Shown: one piece after another, positions 1 to 9,005 of the stretch
Layout of the letters: each line of letters opens with the position of its first letter
Numbering within the stretch: the stretch's first letter is position 1
Origin: an uncultured Eubacteriales bacterium
GTDB taxonomy: Bacteria > Bacillota > Clostridia > HGM11514
NCBI GenBank assembly: GCA_902492655.1
Contig: CABUMF010000007.1
Location: 1,191 to 65,190, forward strand
DNA: 64,000 nucleotides
Reading direction: 5' to 3'
Notes under the pieces: model-generated
The model's input: only the letters and a program-made list of their open reading frames with translations
The model's database searches: none
Told to the model about the DNA's origin: nothing
Made by a program: the position numbers and the translations under genes

Positions 1-451
1 ACATAACGCAGTCAAAGGACGCCTCCGCACACGCCTTGAAATCCCCACGCTGAGCGTATGCGATGTACTGCATAACATTAAGCCCCTGGGTGCAAGCCTT
101 CGTGCAGGCGTTACAGCCCACACAGGCGTAAATTTCGGGGTAGAGCTGCATCATCACGCTGTCGGTGGGCTTGAGCTTTTCGATGTCGTAAGCCTCCTTC
201 ACAAGGGGAAAAAACGGAAGCGTTGCCACATACATATTGTTTTCCACCTTTGTCTGGCAGGCAAGACAGGTCTTAAGCCCCCTGTCCCCCTTTATGCGAT
301 ACACCGTAGCGCAAGCGCCGCAGAAGCCGTTTCGACAGCCACAGCCACGCACCAGGCGGTATCCCACATATTCCATAGCCCTCATAATCGTGAGGCTTTC
401 GGGAACGGAATATTTTTTTCCGAACAAATAAACATCCACGGTATTTTCCAT
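1..451 (-). CDS. Partial (N-terminal part; gene runs off window start) SdhB/FrdB-like iron-sulfur subunit: plant-type 2Fe-2S motif CRNGFCGAC...C followed by 4Fe-4S motif CVGCNACTKAC
   Basis: Manual reverse-complement translation from ATG at 451: MENTVDVYLFGKKYSVPESLTIMRAMEYVGYRLVRGCGCRNGFCGACATV...YACVGCNACTKACTQGL; not in ORF track because no stop inside window; GGAG-like RBS upstream. Confidence 0.5.
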   Translation of the reverse strand, partial: MENTVDVYLFGKKYSVPESLTIMRAMEYVGYRLVRGCGCRNGFCGACATVYRIKGDRGLKTCLACQTKVENNMYVATLPFFPLVKEAYDIEKLKPTDSVMMQLYPEIYACVGCNACTKACTQGLNVMQYIAYAQRGDFKACAEASFDCVM

Positions 452-499
452 ATGATAATCTCCATTCCGCCGCAAAATCGGCACAAAAGTAATTTGTAT

Positions 500-1330
500 T
501 CAGTATTCGTCGGGAAGCTCGGAAAGCTCGTCCATTCTGAAAACGGGGCCGTCCTTGCACACGAATTTCGAGCCGATGTTGCACCTTCCGCACTTTCCGA
601 TACCGCACTTCATTCTAAGCTCCATTGTGGTGTAGACCTTGTTTTTTTCAAAGCCCATATCAAGAAGTGCCGAGAGCGTAAACTTAATCATAACGGGAGG
701 GCCGCAAAGAACGGCAATCCTGTCGGGAGAAAACCCGAGCTCCCGCACAAAATCAGGCACAAAGCCCACATGGCAGAAGGCTTCGTCCCCCCTGTCGACC
801 GTCAGATGAACGCAAACGGAGTCATCCGCCGCCCATTCTTCTGTGATTTCCTTAAAATCCACGAGATCGTCCTTGGTTCTTGCGCCGTATACGATGTCGA
901 TTTTCCCGTAGCTGCCACGAAAATGCCTGCAATAGTTAATGACGGAGCGAAGCGGCGCAATGCCAATTCCCCCGGCGATAAAGAGCAGATTTTCGCCCTT
1001 AAAATCCTCATCCACGGGAAAGGGCCTTCCGTACGGGCCTCTTATCGTAATCATACTGCCCTTTTCCATTTGGTGGAGCTGCTCTGTAACACAGCCGCAC
1101 TTTTTAATGGAAAACTCCATAAAATCCTCGTTTGTGGGGGAAGAGGTGATAGAAAACATCGCCTCCCCAACCCCGGGGACAGACAGCATAGCGCATTGCC
1201 CGGGAGCGTGGGAGAAGGGCTTTTGCCCGTTTGGGGACAGCACACGGAAGGTTTTAACATCCGCAGTGTCCTGTCTTACATCGTCAATCACTGCTATTTT
1301 CGGAACCAACGCATTATTCACCGATCTCAC
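500..1330 (-). CDS. FAD/NAD(P)H-binding oxidoreductase of the PyrK/AsrB/NfnA/FlxA family with C-terminal 2Fe-2S motif (CGIGKCGRC)
   Basis: 276 aa; GGIGIAP nucleotide-binding motif; C-terminal CxGxGxCGxC cluster motif; sits in an hdr/mvhD cluster, so FlxA-like. Confidence 0.7.
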   Translation of the reverse strand: MRSVNNALVPKIAVIDDVRQDTADVKTFRVLSPNGQKPFSHAPGQCAMLSVPGVGEAMFSITSSPTNEDFMEFSIKKCGCVTEQLHQMEKGSMITIRGPYGRPFPVDEDFKGENLLFIAGGIGIAPLRSVINYCRHFRGSYGKIDIVYGARTKDDLVDFKEITEEWAADDSVCVHLTVDRGDEAFCHVGFVPDFVRELGFSPDRIAVLCGPPVMIKFTLSALLDMGFEKNKVYTTMELRMKCGIGKCGRCNIGSKFVCKDGPVFRMDELSELPDEY

Positions 1331-2330
1331 CCCCGATTTTTTTCATAGCCTTAACAATATTCATACCCACAGGGCATTTTTCAAGGCATCTTCCGCAGCC
1401 GACGCACGAAAACAAACCGTCGTTGTTTTTCGGAAAATACACAAGCTTGTGCATCATTCTTTGGCGAAGCCTTTCCTTTTGGGAAGTCCTCGGCTGACCG
1501 GCTGACATTTTTGTAAAATCGGAATACATACAGGAATCCCAGCATCGGAAACGCTTAATTTCGTGTCCCGTGTCCTTGTCCTTTATGTCGTAGCAATGGC
1601 AGGTCGGGCAGAAAAATGTACAGCTCCCGCAGGCAACGCAGGTCTTTGAAAGCTCGTCCCAAACGGGCAAATCGAAAAGCTCGTCGGTTTTGTCCGCCCC
1701 GAAAGATGCGGTCGAAACATTTTTAAGAGGAAGTCGGTCGAGCCTTTTTTTGATTTCCTCTTTGATTTTTGTAACCTCGCCCCCTTGGTAATCCTCCAAA
1801 TCCGAAAGCAAAGCCTCGCCCTTCTTCGTTTTTCCGCAAAGGTAGATGTAATCCTCCGAAAAAAAGCACTCAATGTCGCCCGAAGGCTCAAATGCTTTAA
1901 TACCAAAAGCTGTGCAAAAGCAGGTTTCGCAAGGCTTTTGGCAGGCTGTCGAAATAATAATTGCGTGTTTTCTGCGGTTTTGGTAGTATAAATCCACCGG
2001 CTCGGATAGGAAAACCCGATCCAAAATTTCAAAGCTTTTCACATCGCATCCACGGACGCCGAAAATAACGAAATCCTCACATTCCTCCGATAAATCAAGG
2101 ATTTGCAAGTCATCGCCCACCCTTTTGAACTCCATGAGATTTTCCACCTGCGGAAAGAAAAAGTCCTTCGGGGAGCGGTCGGTTTTACCCGAAAGGCAAA
2201 CCTCTGTCCCGTCCGAAAACGGCGCAAATTCCATGCCCGAATCCGACCTTTTAGGGACAAAGAGCCGTCTTTTTTCCGATATTTTTGTAAGAAAGCCGTT
2301 AAGCTCGCACCGCTTTATTCTTTTTATCAT
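1314..2330 (-). CDS. 4Fe-4S dicluster iron-sulfur protein, FlxB/AsrA-like
   Basis: 338 aa with CVACGSCTFFCPTCHC and CVGCGRCLEKCP motifs; size and context match FlxB of flx-hdr clusters. Confidence 0.6.
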   Translation of the reverse strand: MIKRIKRCELNGFLTKISEKRRLFVPKRSDSGMEFAPFSDGTEVCLSGKTDRSPKDFFFPQVENLMEFKRVGDDLQILDLSEECEDFVIFGVRGCDVKSFEILDRVFLSEPVDLYYQNRRKHAIIISTACQKPCETCFCTAFGIKAFEPSGDIECFFSEDYIYLCGKTKKGEALLSDLEDYQGGEVTKIKEEIKKRLDRLPLKNVSTASFGADKTDELFDLPVWDELSKTCVACGSCTFFCPTCHCYDIKDKDTGHEIKRFRCWDSCMYSDFTKMSAGQPRTSQKERLRQRMMHKLVYFPKNNDGLFSCVGCGRCLEKCPVGMNIVKAMKKIGGEIGE

Positions 2331-3286
2331 CAGCCCTCACCCCCGATGTCCTTATCGTCCACGGAAAAAGTAACCATGGGAGAAACAGCGTCCGCCGTCT
2401 CGCCCGGGGCAAATTCTCCGAAGTTTTCGTTAATGTCGCAAATAAGCTTGCGGTTGAGAAGATGAAGAGGAATATTTTCGGGGCAAGCCCTTGAGCATTC
2501 TCCGCAGTCGGTACACCGCCCGGCAACATGGAATGCCCTTATTATGTGGAACATTTTCTCCTCCGTTTCGTCCGCCGCCGCCTTGTTTTGAAGGGGGGAT
2601 TCGGGATTATCGAACACGCACCGCTCGCAGGTGCAGGCAGGACAAACATTTTTGCAGGCGTTACAGCGAATGCACCGTGAAAGCTCGCTTTGCCAAAATT
2701 CAAACCGCTCATGGGGGCTCATCGCCTCTATTTTTTTAACCTCTAAAAGGCGGTCTGCCGAAGGCTTTTTGTCCGCCTCGCCTAAAGCCTCGTCAGATAT
2801 GGCAAAGCCGTTTTGGTGACACGTTAAACACCTTTCCGATATTATGTCACCTTTTTCTACTTCAATATCCCCGTCAAAAAGGGTTTTAACTATGAATTTT
2901 CCGTCCTTTTCTAAAAGACCGCAAACCCCGTCGGAAATACTCTTAAGCTTTTTTATGTCAACCATTCCCTCACAGGGAACGGCGATTATGTAAACATTTT
3001 CACGGTCGATTTTATGCTCGCAAAGAAGCCCGTTTAAGCTTTTGCAGTCACAGGGCTTTAGGAAAAGGAGAACCCTTCCCTCCGCTTTTGTTGCGAATTT
3101 GGAGAGGTTCGCACCGCAAAAATCGTTCCATACAAAATTTTGAAGGTCATCGGCGGACTCGAAAAACGAAGGCGAAACATCATAGAAAAACTCGCCCTCT
3201 CTCCAGCCGAGAACCGAGGAAACCTCCCCCGAGGCAATAAGCTGACGGGCACGCTCAATTAAGACCTCACGCTTTATTTTTTGCAT
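2330..3286 (-). CDS. Iron-sulfur protein, FlxC/F420-hydrogenase-beta-like
   Basis: 318 aa; CIRCNACKNVCPACTC and CTDCGECSRACP 4Fe-4S motifs; 1-nt overlap with downstream gene. Confidence 0.6.
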   Translation of the reverse strand: MQKIKREVLIERARQLIASGEVSSVLGWREGEFFYDVSPSFFESADDLQNFVWNDFCGANLSKFATKAEGRVLLFLKPCDCKSLNGLLCEHKIDRENVYIIAVPCEGMVDIKKLKSISDGVCGLLEKDGKFIVKTLFDGDIEVEKGDIISERCLTCHQNGFAISDEALGEADKKPSADRLLEVKKIEAMSPHERFEFWQSELSRCIRCNACKNVCPACTCERCVFDNPESPLQNKAAADETEEKMFHIIRAFHVAGRCTDCGECSRACPENIPLHLLNRKLICDINENFGEFAPGETADAVSPMVTFSVDDKDIGGEG

Positions 3287-3708
3287 CTTAAATCCTCCGG
3301 TTTTTCAGATTTTCCCAAAGCGGCGACGGTTTTGACAAAATCGTTCATAGTTTCGGCAAACCTTGCGCCCTCCGCCGCGCTAATCCAGGTAAGACGGGTT
3401 CTTTCCTTTTCGATTCCGAGGTAATCGAGAAGCGAAAAAAGGAGCTTCATTCGTCTTCTTGTGTGGTAATTTCCCGAGGTATAGTGGCAGTCGCCAATGT
3501 GGCAACCGCAGATAATCACCCCGTCCGCACCCCTTTGGAAGGCACGAAGAATAAACATGGGGTTAACCCTACAGGAGCATGGAACTCTTATTATTTTAAC
3601 CTCCGCACCGTAGGAAAGCCTGTTGTTTCCGGCAAGGTCAGCACCTGCGTAGGAGCACCAGTTACAGCAAAAAGCCACGATTTTCGGTTTATATTCGGTC
3701 ATTTGCAT
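3274..3708 (-). CDS. mvhD: Methyl-viologen-reducing hydrogenase delta subunit homolog (MvhD/FlxD)
   Basis: 144 aa; cysteine pattern CCNWC...CSC...CGCHIGDCHY typical of MvhD; immediately downstream of hdrA with start/stop overlap. Confidence 0.8.
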   Translation of the reverse strand: MQMTEYKPKIVAFCCNWCSYAGADLAGNNRLSYGAEVKIIRVPCSCRVNPMFILRAFQRGADGVIICGCHIGDCHYTSGNYHTRRRMKLLFSLLDYLGIEKERTRLTWISAAEGARFAETMNDFVKTVAALGKSEKPEDLRCKK

Positions 3709-5690
3709 ATTGCGTCCACCTCCGCAGTAATTTGGTTGTTAGAAAATCCGCATAAGTCTATTGCGCCCGACATACAAGTAACCGTGCAAGCACCGCAGCC
3801 CCGGCACACCGCATCGTTCACGACGGCAACGGTTTTTGTAATTGTGCGCCCGAGGGTTCTGAACTCTTTGTCCTCGTAGGTAATTGCGCCGTAGGGGCAA
3901 ACATTGGCGCAAAGCCTGCATCCAGAGCACATTTCCCCGTCCGAGCGTGCAACGCATGGGTTACCAAGAAGCCTGTCCTTAGATAAAAGCCCTATTACCT
4001 TGGCGGCCGCCGCACCGGCTTGGGAAACGGTTTCGGGAATGTCCTTCGGGCCTTGGCACATACCCGATAAAAACACGCCTGCGGTGGGGCTTTCAACGGG
4101 CTTAAGCTTTGGGTGCGCCTCTGTAAAGAAGTCGTTTGTGTCCATGCTCGCCCTAAGAAGGGTTGCAAGGGATCTTGCAGAGTCGTCCGGCTCAACTGCG
4201 GTTGCCAAAACCACAAGGTCGGCGTCGATTGAAAGCTGTTTTCCGCCGAGAAGGTCGGATGCGGTAACCTTCAAAACCCTTCCTTCCGGGGAAACCTTGC
4301 CGACCGAGCCCTTTATGTAATGAACGCCGTATTCCTCTGCGGCACGGCGGTAGAACTCATCAAAATTCTTGCCCGGTGTTCTCACATCAATATAGAACAC
4401 AAAAACCTCGGTGTCCGGGTACTTGTCACGGGTGAGCATAGCGTGCTTTGCCGTGTACATACAGCAGATTTTGGAGCAATATTCCTTGCCCTTTTGTGCG
4501 CACGAGGAGCATCTTGAGCCGACGCACTGCACAAAAACGATTGTTTTCGGGTGCTCACCGTCAGAAGGTCTGAGGAGAACGCCGCCTGTCGGGCCTGCGG
4601 CATTGGTAAGCCTTTCAAACTCCAACGAGGTAATAACATCCTTTGATTTTGAGTAAGCGAACTCATCGTACCTTTCGGGGCTTATGGTGTTATAGCCCGT
4701 AGCCGCAACGATTGCGCCGTAATCTACGGAGAAAACCTCGTCCTTTTGGGAGTAGTCGATTGCGCCTGCGGAGCAGATTTTGGAGCAAACTCCGCATTTC
4801 CCCGATTTTTTCATGGTGCAGTTGTCCTCGTCAATCACAGCGATTTTCGGAACTGCCTGAGCAAATGGAATGTAAATTGCGCCCCTTTTGTCCATATTGA
4901 GGTTAAACTCGTTCGGGATATTTTTCTGTGGACATTTTTCGGTGCAAAGCCCGCACCCGGTACATTTGTTTTCGTCCACAAACCTTGCTTTTTTCCTTAT
5001 TGTAACGGTGAAATTTCCCACAAAGCCCTCAACGCTTTCAACCTCGGAATATGAAAAAATCCTTATTTTGTCGTTCTGAGCCGCCTCCACCATTTTTGGA
5101 GTGAGAATACAAGCGGCGCAGTCGAGGGTCGGGAAGGTCTTGTCAAGCTGAGCCATTTTACCGCCTATTGTGGGCTTTTTTTCCACGATGTCCACCGGAA
5201 ATCCGGCATCTGCGATGCAAAGTGCGGTTTCAATCCCGGCAATTCCGCCGCCGATTACAAGGGCTCGCTTAATGACGGGGGTTTCACCCGGGAAGAGGGG
5301 GCGGTTGAGGTTTACCTTGGCGATCGCCGCACGGGCAAGGGAAATAGCCTTTTTTGTAGCCTCCGCCTTGTCCTTATGAACCCATGAGCACTGCTCACGA
5401 ATGTTTGCAATTTCCACCATGTACGGGTTAAGTCCGGCACTCTCGGCGGCTTTTCGGAAGGTCGCCTCGTGCATACGGGGGGAGCAGGAGCAAACCACAA
5501 GCCCCGAAAGCCTGTGCTGCTTTATTGCATCTATGATTTTGCCTTGCCCTGTCTGGGAGCACATATATTCATAATCTGCGGCGAAAACGACGCCCGGCTC
5601 ACTCTTTACCGCCTCCGCAACGGAAGATACGGCAACGGTTGAAGCAATGTTCGTGCCGCAATGGCACACAAATACACCGATTCTCTGCAT
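3699..5690 (-). CDS. hdrA: Heterodisulfide reductase subunit A-like FAD/Fe-S flavoprotein
   Basis: 663 aa; N-terminal Cys cluster, GGGIAG FAD-binding motif, several CxxCxxCxxxCP ferredoxin motifs. Confidence 0.85.
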   Translation of the reverse strand: MQRIGVFVCHCGTNIASTVAVSSVAEAVKSEPGVVFAADYEYMCSQTGQGKIIDAIKQHRLSGLVVCSCSPRMHEATFRKAAESAGLNPYMVEIANIREQCSWVHKDKAEATKKAISLARAAIAKVNLNRPLFPGETPVIKRALVIGGGIAGIETALCIADAGFPVDIVEKKPTIGGKMAQLDKTFPTLDCAACILTPKMVEAAQNDKIRIFSYSEVESVEGFVGNFTVTIRKKARFVDENKCTGCGLCTEKCPQKNIPNEFNLNMDKRGAIYIPFAQAVPKIAVIDEDNCTMKKSGKCGVCSKICSAGAIDYSQKDEVFSVDYGAIVAATGYNTISPERYDEFAYSKSKDVITSLEFERLTNAAGPTGGVLLRPSDGEHPKTIVFVQCVGSRCSSCAQKGKEYCSKICCMYTAKHAMLTRDKYPDTEVFVFYIDVRTPGKNFDEFYRRAAEEYGVHYIKGSVGKVSPEGRVLKVTASDLLGGKQLSIDADLVVLATAVEPDDSARSLATLLRASMDTNDFFTEAHPKLKPVESPTAGVFLSGMCQGPKDIPETVSQAGAAAAKVIGLLSKDRLLGNPCVARSDGEMCSGCRLCANVCPYGAITYEDKEFRTLGRTITKTVAVVNDAVCRGCGACTVTCMSGAIDLCGFSNNQITAEVDAICK

Positions 5691-5704
5691 AGCTCTACCC
5701 CCTT

Positions 5705-6085
5705 CTACTTTGAATATTTCCGATATGCGCTGGTAAGTGCCTGTTGAGGCAAATCCTCGCTGAAAACATTATCCAAAAGCTCTTTTTTCATGTGATTTAC
5801 GCCCTTTTGCCGCAAAGCCGCAAGCCTAACCGCCTCGATGAGCCTTTGCGGCTCAACGCCTCTTGGGCAACGCTCCGAGCAGGCAAAGCAGGAAAGGCAC
5901 AAAAAGGACGCCTTCGACTTCAAAAGCGGCTCGATGTCCCCCGAAATTATCATGTCCGCGAACTGATGCGGATGATACTCCATTTTATGAAAGGAAGGGC
6001 AGGAAGCGGAGCATTTGCCGCACTTCATGCACTTTTCGGGGCTTGCGCCGCTGATTTTTATAAGCATATCCCTGTCAAATTGCAT
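5705..6085 (-). CDS. hdrC: Heterodisulfide reductase subunit C-like 4Fe-4S protein
   Basis: Two CxxCxxCxxxCP motifs (CGKCSASCP, CFACSERCP); start moved to internal ATG 6085 (MQFDRDML) which has GGAG RBS 8 nt upstream; track ORF starts at 6124. Confidence 0.7.
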   Translation of the reverse strand: MQFDRDMLIKISGASPEKCMKCGKCSASCPSFHKMEYHPHQFADMIISGDIEPLLKSKASFLCLSCFACSERCPRGVEPQRLIEAVRLAALRQKGVNHMKKELLDNVFSEDLPQQALTSAYRKYSK

Positions 6086-6161
6086 ATGTAAAACTCCAAT
6101 CCGCTCCGAAAAAGCCCGGAGCAAGGTAGCATGAGAAAATCCTTGTAAATTTTCGGGAAGG

Positions 6162-6950
6162 CTATACGCCCAAAGCCTCCGCCAGAATTTCGGTTATGTA
6201 GAAAACGGGCAAATCCGAGCCGCAATTTTCAAGATTGTACTTGCAAAGCGGGCAGGATGTCACAATGCAGTCCGCACCGGCTTTCTTTGCGCTTTCAATG
6301 ATTTTGCGGCTTCTTTCCGTAGCCAAATCACGGTTTTCAATCAAAATATAGCCGCCGCAGCACTCGTTTCGCATCGGAAAATAGACGGGACTTGCCCCGA
6401 GAGCGGACACAAAATCCTCCATAATCGAAGGGTTTTCCGGATCGTCCATCCCCAAAACGGCGGACGGGCGAAGGAGAAGACAGCCGTAAAACGGAGCAAT
6501 TTTCCTATCTTTTAAGGGCTTTACAACCTTTTTTGCGACATTTTCAAAGCCCACCTTGTCCCTAAGAACCTCGAGGTAGTTAAGAACCTCGCATTCACCG
6601 CCGTAATAAAAATCCTCCTGCTCGCCCTTCATGTAGGTGTTAACCTTTTGGCGAAAATCGTCATTTGACCTTATAAGGTAATTTGTCTGCTTAATCGTGT
6701 TGTGGCAAGCGGAGCAGACCGAAACCAACGGCTCGCCCCTATCAAATGCCGCCTTCAGCGCACGAACAGACGCAAGCTTTGAGGCAATTTCGTCCTCTGC
6801 TGTTATAAAAACGCCGCCGCAGCACTGCCAGTCGGGGATTTCCGATAGTGAAAACCCCAAAATCTCGCCGCATTTTCTTGCGTAAAAATCAAGATCTTTG
6901 GCCTTTGTCTTAAGTGTACAGCCCGGGAAATAACTGAAATTCATAGCCAA
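6162..6950 (-). CDS. hdrB: Heterodisulfide reductase subunit B-like (two CCG domains)
   Basis: 262 aa; two CCGG-containing Cys-rich CCG domains (DWQCCGGVF, NECCGGYIL). Confidence 0.8.
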   Translation of the reverse strand: MAMNFSYFPGCTLKTKAKDLDFYARKCGEILGFSLSEIPDWQCCGGVFITAEDEIASKLASVRALKAAFDRGEPLVSVCSACHNTIKQTNYLIRSNDDFRQKVNTYMKGEQEDFYYGGECEVLNYLEVLRDKVGFENVAKKVVKPLKDRKIAPFYGCLLLRPSAVLGMDDPENPSIMEDFVSALGASPVYFPMRNECCGGYILIENRDLATERSRKIIESAKKAGADCIVTSCPLCKYNLENCGSDLPVFYITEILAEALGV

Positions 6951-6974
6951 ACCTCCAAAAAAACTCTACCTTTT

Positions 6975-7003
6975 ATTATACAATAAAAAGCCTTTATTTG
7001 CAA
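6975..7003 (-). promoter_or_regulatory. Sigma-A-type promoter for hdr/flx operon: TTGCAA-17-TATAAT with TG extension
   Basis: Minus-strand read gives TTGCAAataaaggctttttattgTATAAT about 25 nt before GGAGG RBS of hdrB. Confidence 0.4.
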
Positions 7004-7035
7004 TAGCTTTCATAAAGAAAAGCCCGATTTTTTTG

Positions 7036-7066
7036 CATGAAAAAAGGCTCCCGTTTAAGAGAGCCT
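7036..7066 (-). terminator. Intrinsic terminator after 7075..7716 gene
   Basis: Hairpin aggctc..gagcct followed by U-run on minus strand. Confidence 0.4.
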
Positions 7067-7074
7067 AAATAACT

Positions 7075-7716
7075 TTACCTGCAAATGAAAATCCGTTCTG
7101 CGTCCTCCCCGGAAAGCTCGAAAATATCGGCAAAATCGTAGGAAACCGCAAACTGGCCGATAGCCCCGTCCTCACCGTAGGCGGTAACGGATGCGCAGGA
7201 AATGCCGTCAATTTCAACCGTGTCGCCGATTGAAAAAGCGATGTCCCCTTCCCAGCCCTTCATGCTCATGATGCTGCCGAAAACATCACGAATTGTCCAG
7301 GGAAGCTCGCCCCTTTCGATAACTACAGCCTTGCTTGCGTCATCGTAGGAAACAGAGCAGCCGATAGCCTCGGCAACCGCACGAATCGGCACGAAGGTTG
7401 TCCCGTTAATCACACGGACATGAGCACCGAGCTCTTTGACCTCGCCGTTGACGGTTATGTAATCGGTGTTATTTTTAAAAGTAACCTTTGTGGTGGAAAT
7501 CCATGCAACCACCGTCTGAGTGGAGCCGTACCAGTTGATTTCCGCACCGAACGCCTCTAAAATACTGCGAACGGGCACAAAAGCAACATCGTCCCAAATT
7601 TCGGAAGTAATATCAGTTTCAGTACCGTCAATTCTCACCGTCATGGCTGAAGCTGCTGTGAAAGCAGAAAAAACCAGAATGGCGGAAAGAACGAAAACCG
7701 CAATTTTCTTAAACAT
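7075..7716 (-). CDS. Secreted protein with copper amine oxidase N-terminal-like (stalk) domains
   Basis: Signal peptide MFKKIAVFVLSAILVFSAFTAASA; repeated VPIRAVAEAIG / VPVRSILEAFG motifs typical of Cu_amine_oxidN1 domain. Confidence 0.6.
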   Translation of the reverse strand: MFKKIAVFVLSAILVFSAFTAASAMTVRIDGTETDITSEIWDDVAFVPVRSILEAFGAEINWYGSTQTVVAWISTTKVTFKNNTDYITVNGEVKELGAHVRVINGTTFVPIRAVAEAIGCSVSYDDASKAVVIERGELPWTIRDVFGSIMSMKGWEGDIAFSIGDTVEIDGISCASVTAYGEDGAIGQFAVSYDFADIFELSGEDAERIFICR

Positions 7717-7772
7717 GTTACCCTCCTTTGGTATTTAACCAATTAATATAATACCAAAAAGCAAGGCAAAAA

Positions 7773-9005
7773 TCAACCTTTGTAACAGTTTTGTAATATC
7801 TTTTTTACACATTCGTCAATACTTCCGTTGTTTTCGACTGAAAAATCAGCAAATTGCACATATAAATCATGTCTTTTCTCATAAAGCTCAAAGACTGCCT
7901 CACGGCTTTTTGAAAGAGGTCTGCCGGAAAGGTCTAAGAGGTCGAGGTCACGGCTTATGTAAAAAATTCTGCCGTTTCGGTGGAGGCTTTTGTAGTTTTC
8001 GTGTTTTGTCACGATGCCGCCTCCGGTAGCTATAACCTTGCCCGAAAGCATACCGACAGTCCTTGCCACATCACCCTCAATCAGCCTGAAGCCCTCCTCG
8101 CCGAAGGCTTCAAAAAGCTTTGGAATTTCAGTGTTTTTCTGCTTTTCGATGTACTCGTCGGTGTCGATAAACTCCCTGCTAAGAAGCCTTGCCAGCTCCT
8201 GCCCTACAGTGGATTTTCCGCAGCCGGGCATACCGATAAGCACGATATTTTCCATTTCGGCATCGGTTTCGGATATGATTTTTTCAAAAAGCTCCTCCCC
8301 CGATTCCTTCCCGAAAAAGTGATCGTACGCATAAACGGCTTGAGCGGCGAGCATGGGAAGCCCCGACGTGCATTTGATCCCCAAAGCCTCCGCCTCCATA
8401 ATCAGCTCGGTTCTTACGGGGTTGTAAATCACATCAATCACGCCACTAAGCTTAGTAAACGGCTTAAGGGAAACGGGTGAATTTTCCACATTCGGGAACA
8501 TCCCCACAGGGGTTGTGTTAATTAAAACCTCGGCATCGTAGTGGCATTTTATGTTATCGTAATTCCATTCGCCGTGCCTTGAAACCGTCACAATTTCAGC
8601 ACTTTCGCTTAGCTCGCAGGCGGCACGGGCGGTGAGGCTTGTGCCTCCGCTCCCCAAAATCACGACCTTTTTGCCCGTAAGGGAGATGCCCGCACGCCTT
8701 GCCATGTAGAGAAAGCCTGCGATGTCGGTGTTGTAGCCGTAAAGCTTTCCGCCGAGGTTTACAACGGTGTTTACAGAGCCGATTTTTTCCGCCTCGGGTG
8801 AAATAAAGTCAAGAAACTCCATAGCGTCCTTTTTGTAAGGAATGGTAATGTTTATGCCCTTGAAATTCCGCTCCCCGAAGAACTGCGGCAGCCCTTCCCT
8901 TTCGATTTCGCAAAGCTCGTAGCTGTAATTTCCGATTTTTTTGTGTATAACTCCCGAGTAGCTGTGACCTAACTTTTCGCCGATAAGACCGTACTCCAAA
9001 ATCAC
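7773..9005 (-). CDS. aroE: Bifunctional shikimate dehydrogenase / shikimate kinase (AroE-AroK fusion)
   Basis: N-terminal AroE-like region (LIGEKLGHSYSGVIH...NVTIPYK) and C-terminal P-loop kinase IVLIGMPGCGKSTVGQELARLL. Confidence 0.8.
   Translation of the reverse strand: MILEYGLIGEKLGHSYSGVIHKKIGNYSYELCEIEREGLPQFFGERNFKGINITIPYKKDAMEFLDFISPEAEKIGSVNTVVNLGGKLYGYNTDIAGFLYMARRAGISLTGKKVVILGSGGTSLTARAACELSESAEIVTVSRHGEWNYDNIKCHYDAEVLINTTPVGMFPNVENSPVSLKPFTKLSGVIDVIYNPVRTELIMEAEALGIKCTSGLPMLAAQAVYAYDHFFGKESGEELFEKIISETDAEMENIVLIGMPGCGKSTVGQELARLLSREFIDTDEYIEKQKNTEIPKLFEAFGEEGFRLIEGDVARTVGMLSGKVIATGGGIVTKHENYKSLHRNGRIFYISRDLDLLDLSGRPLSKSREAVFELYEKRHDLYVQFADFSVENNGSIDECVKKILQNCYKG

Noticed and set aside
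273-608. Track ORF 273..608 (-) and the many Arg/Pro/Ser-rich ORFs antisense to the hdr/flx genes (452..1348, 939..1505, 1583..2032, 2103..2465, 3463..3879, 3904..4320 etc.)
   Set aside because: They overlap Fe-S genes with strong cofactor motifs, have biased low-complexity composition and lack RBSs. They are spurious.
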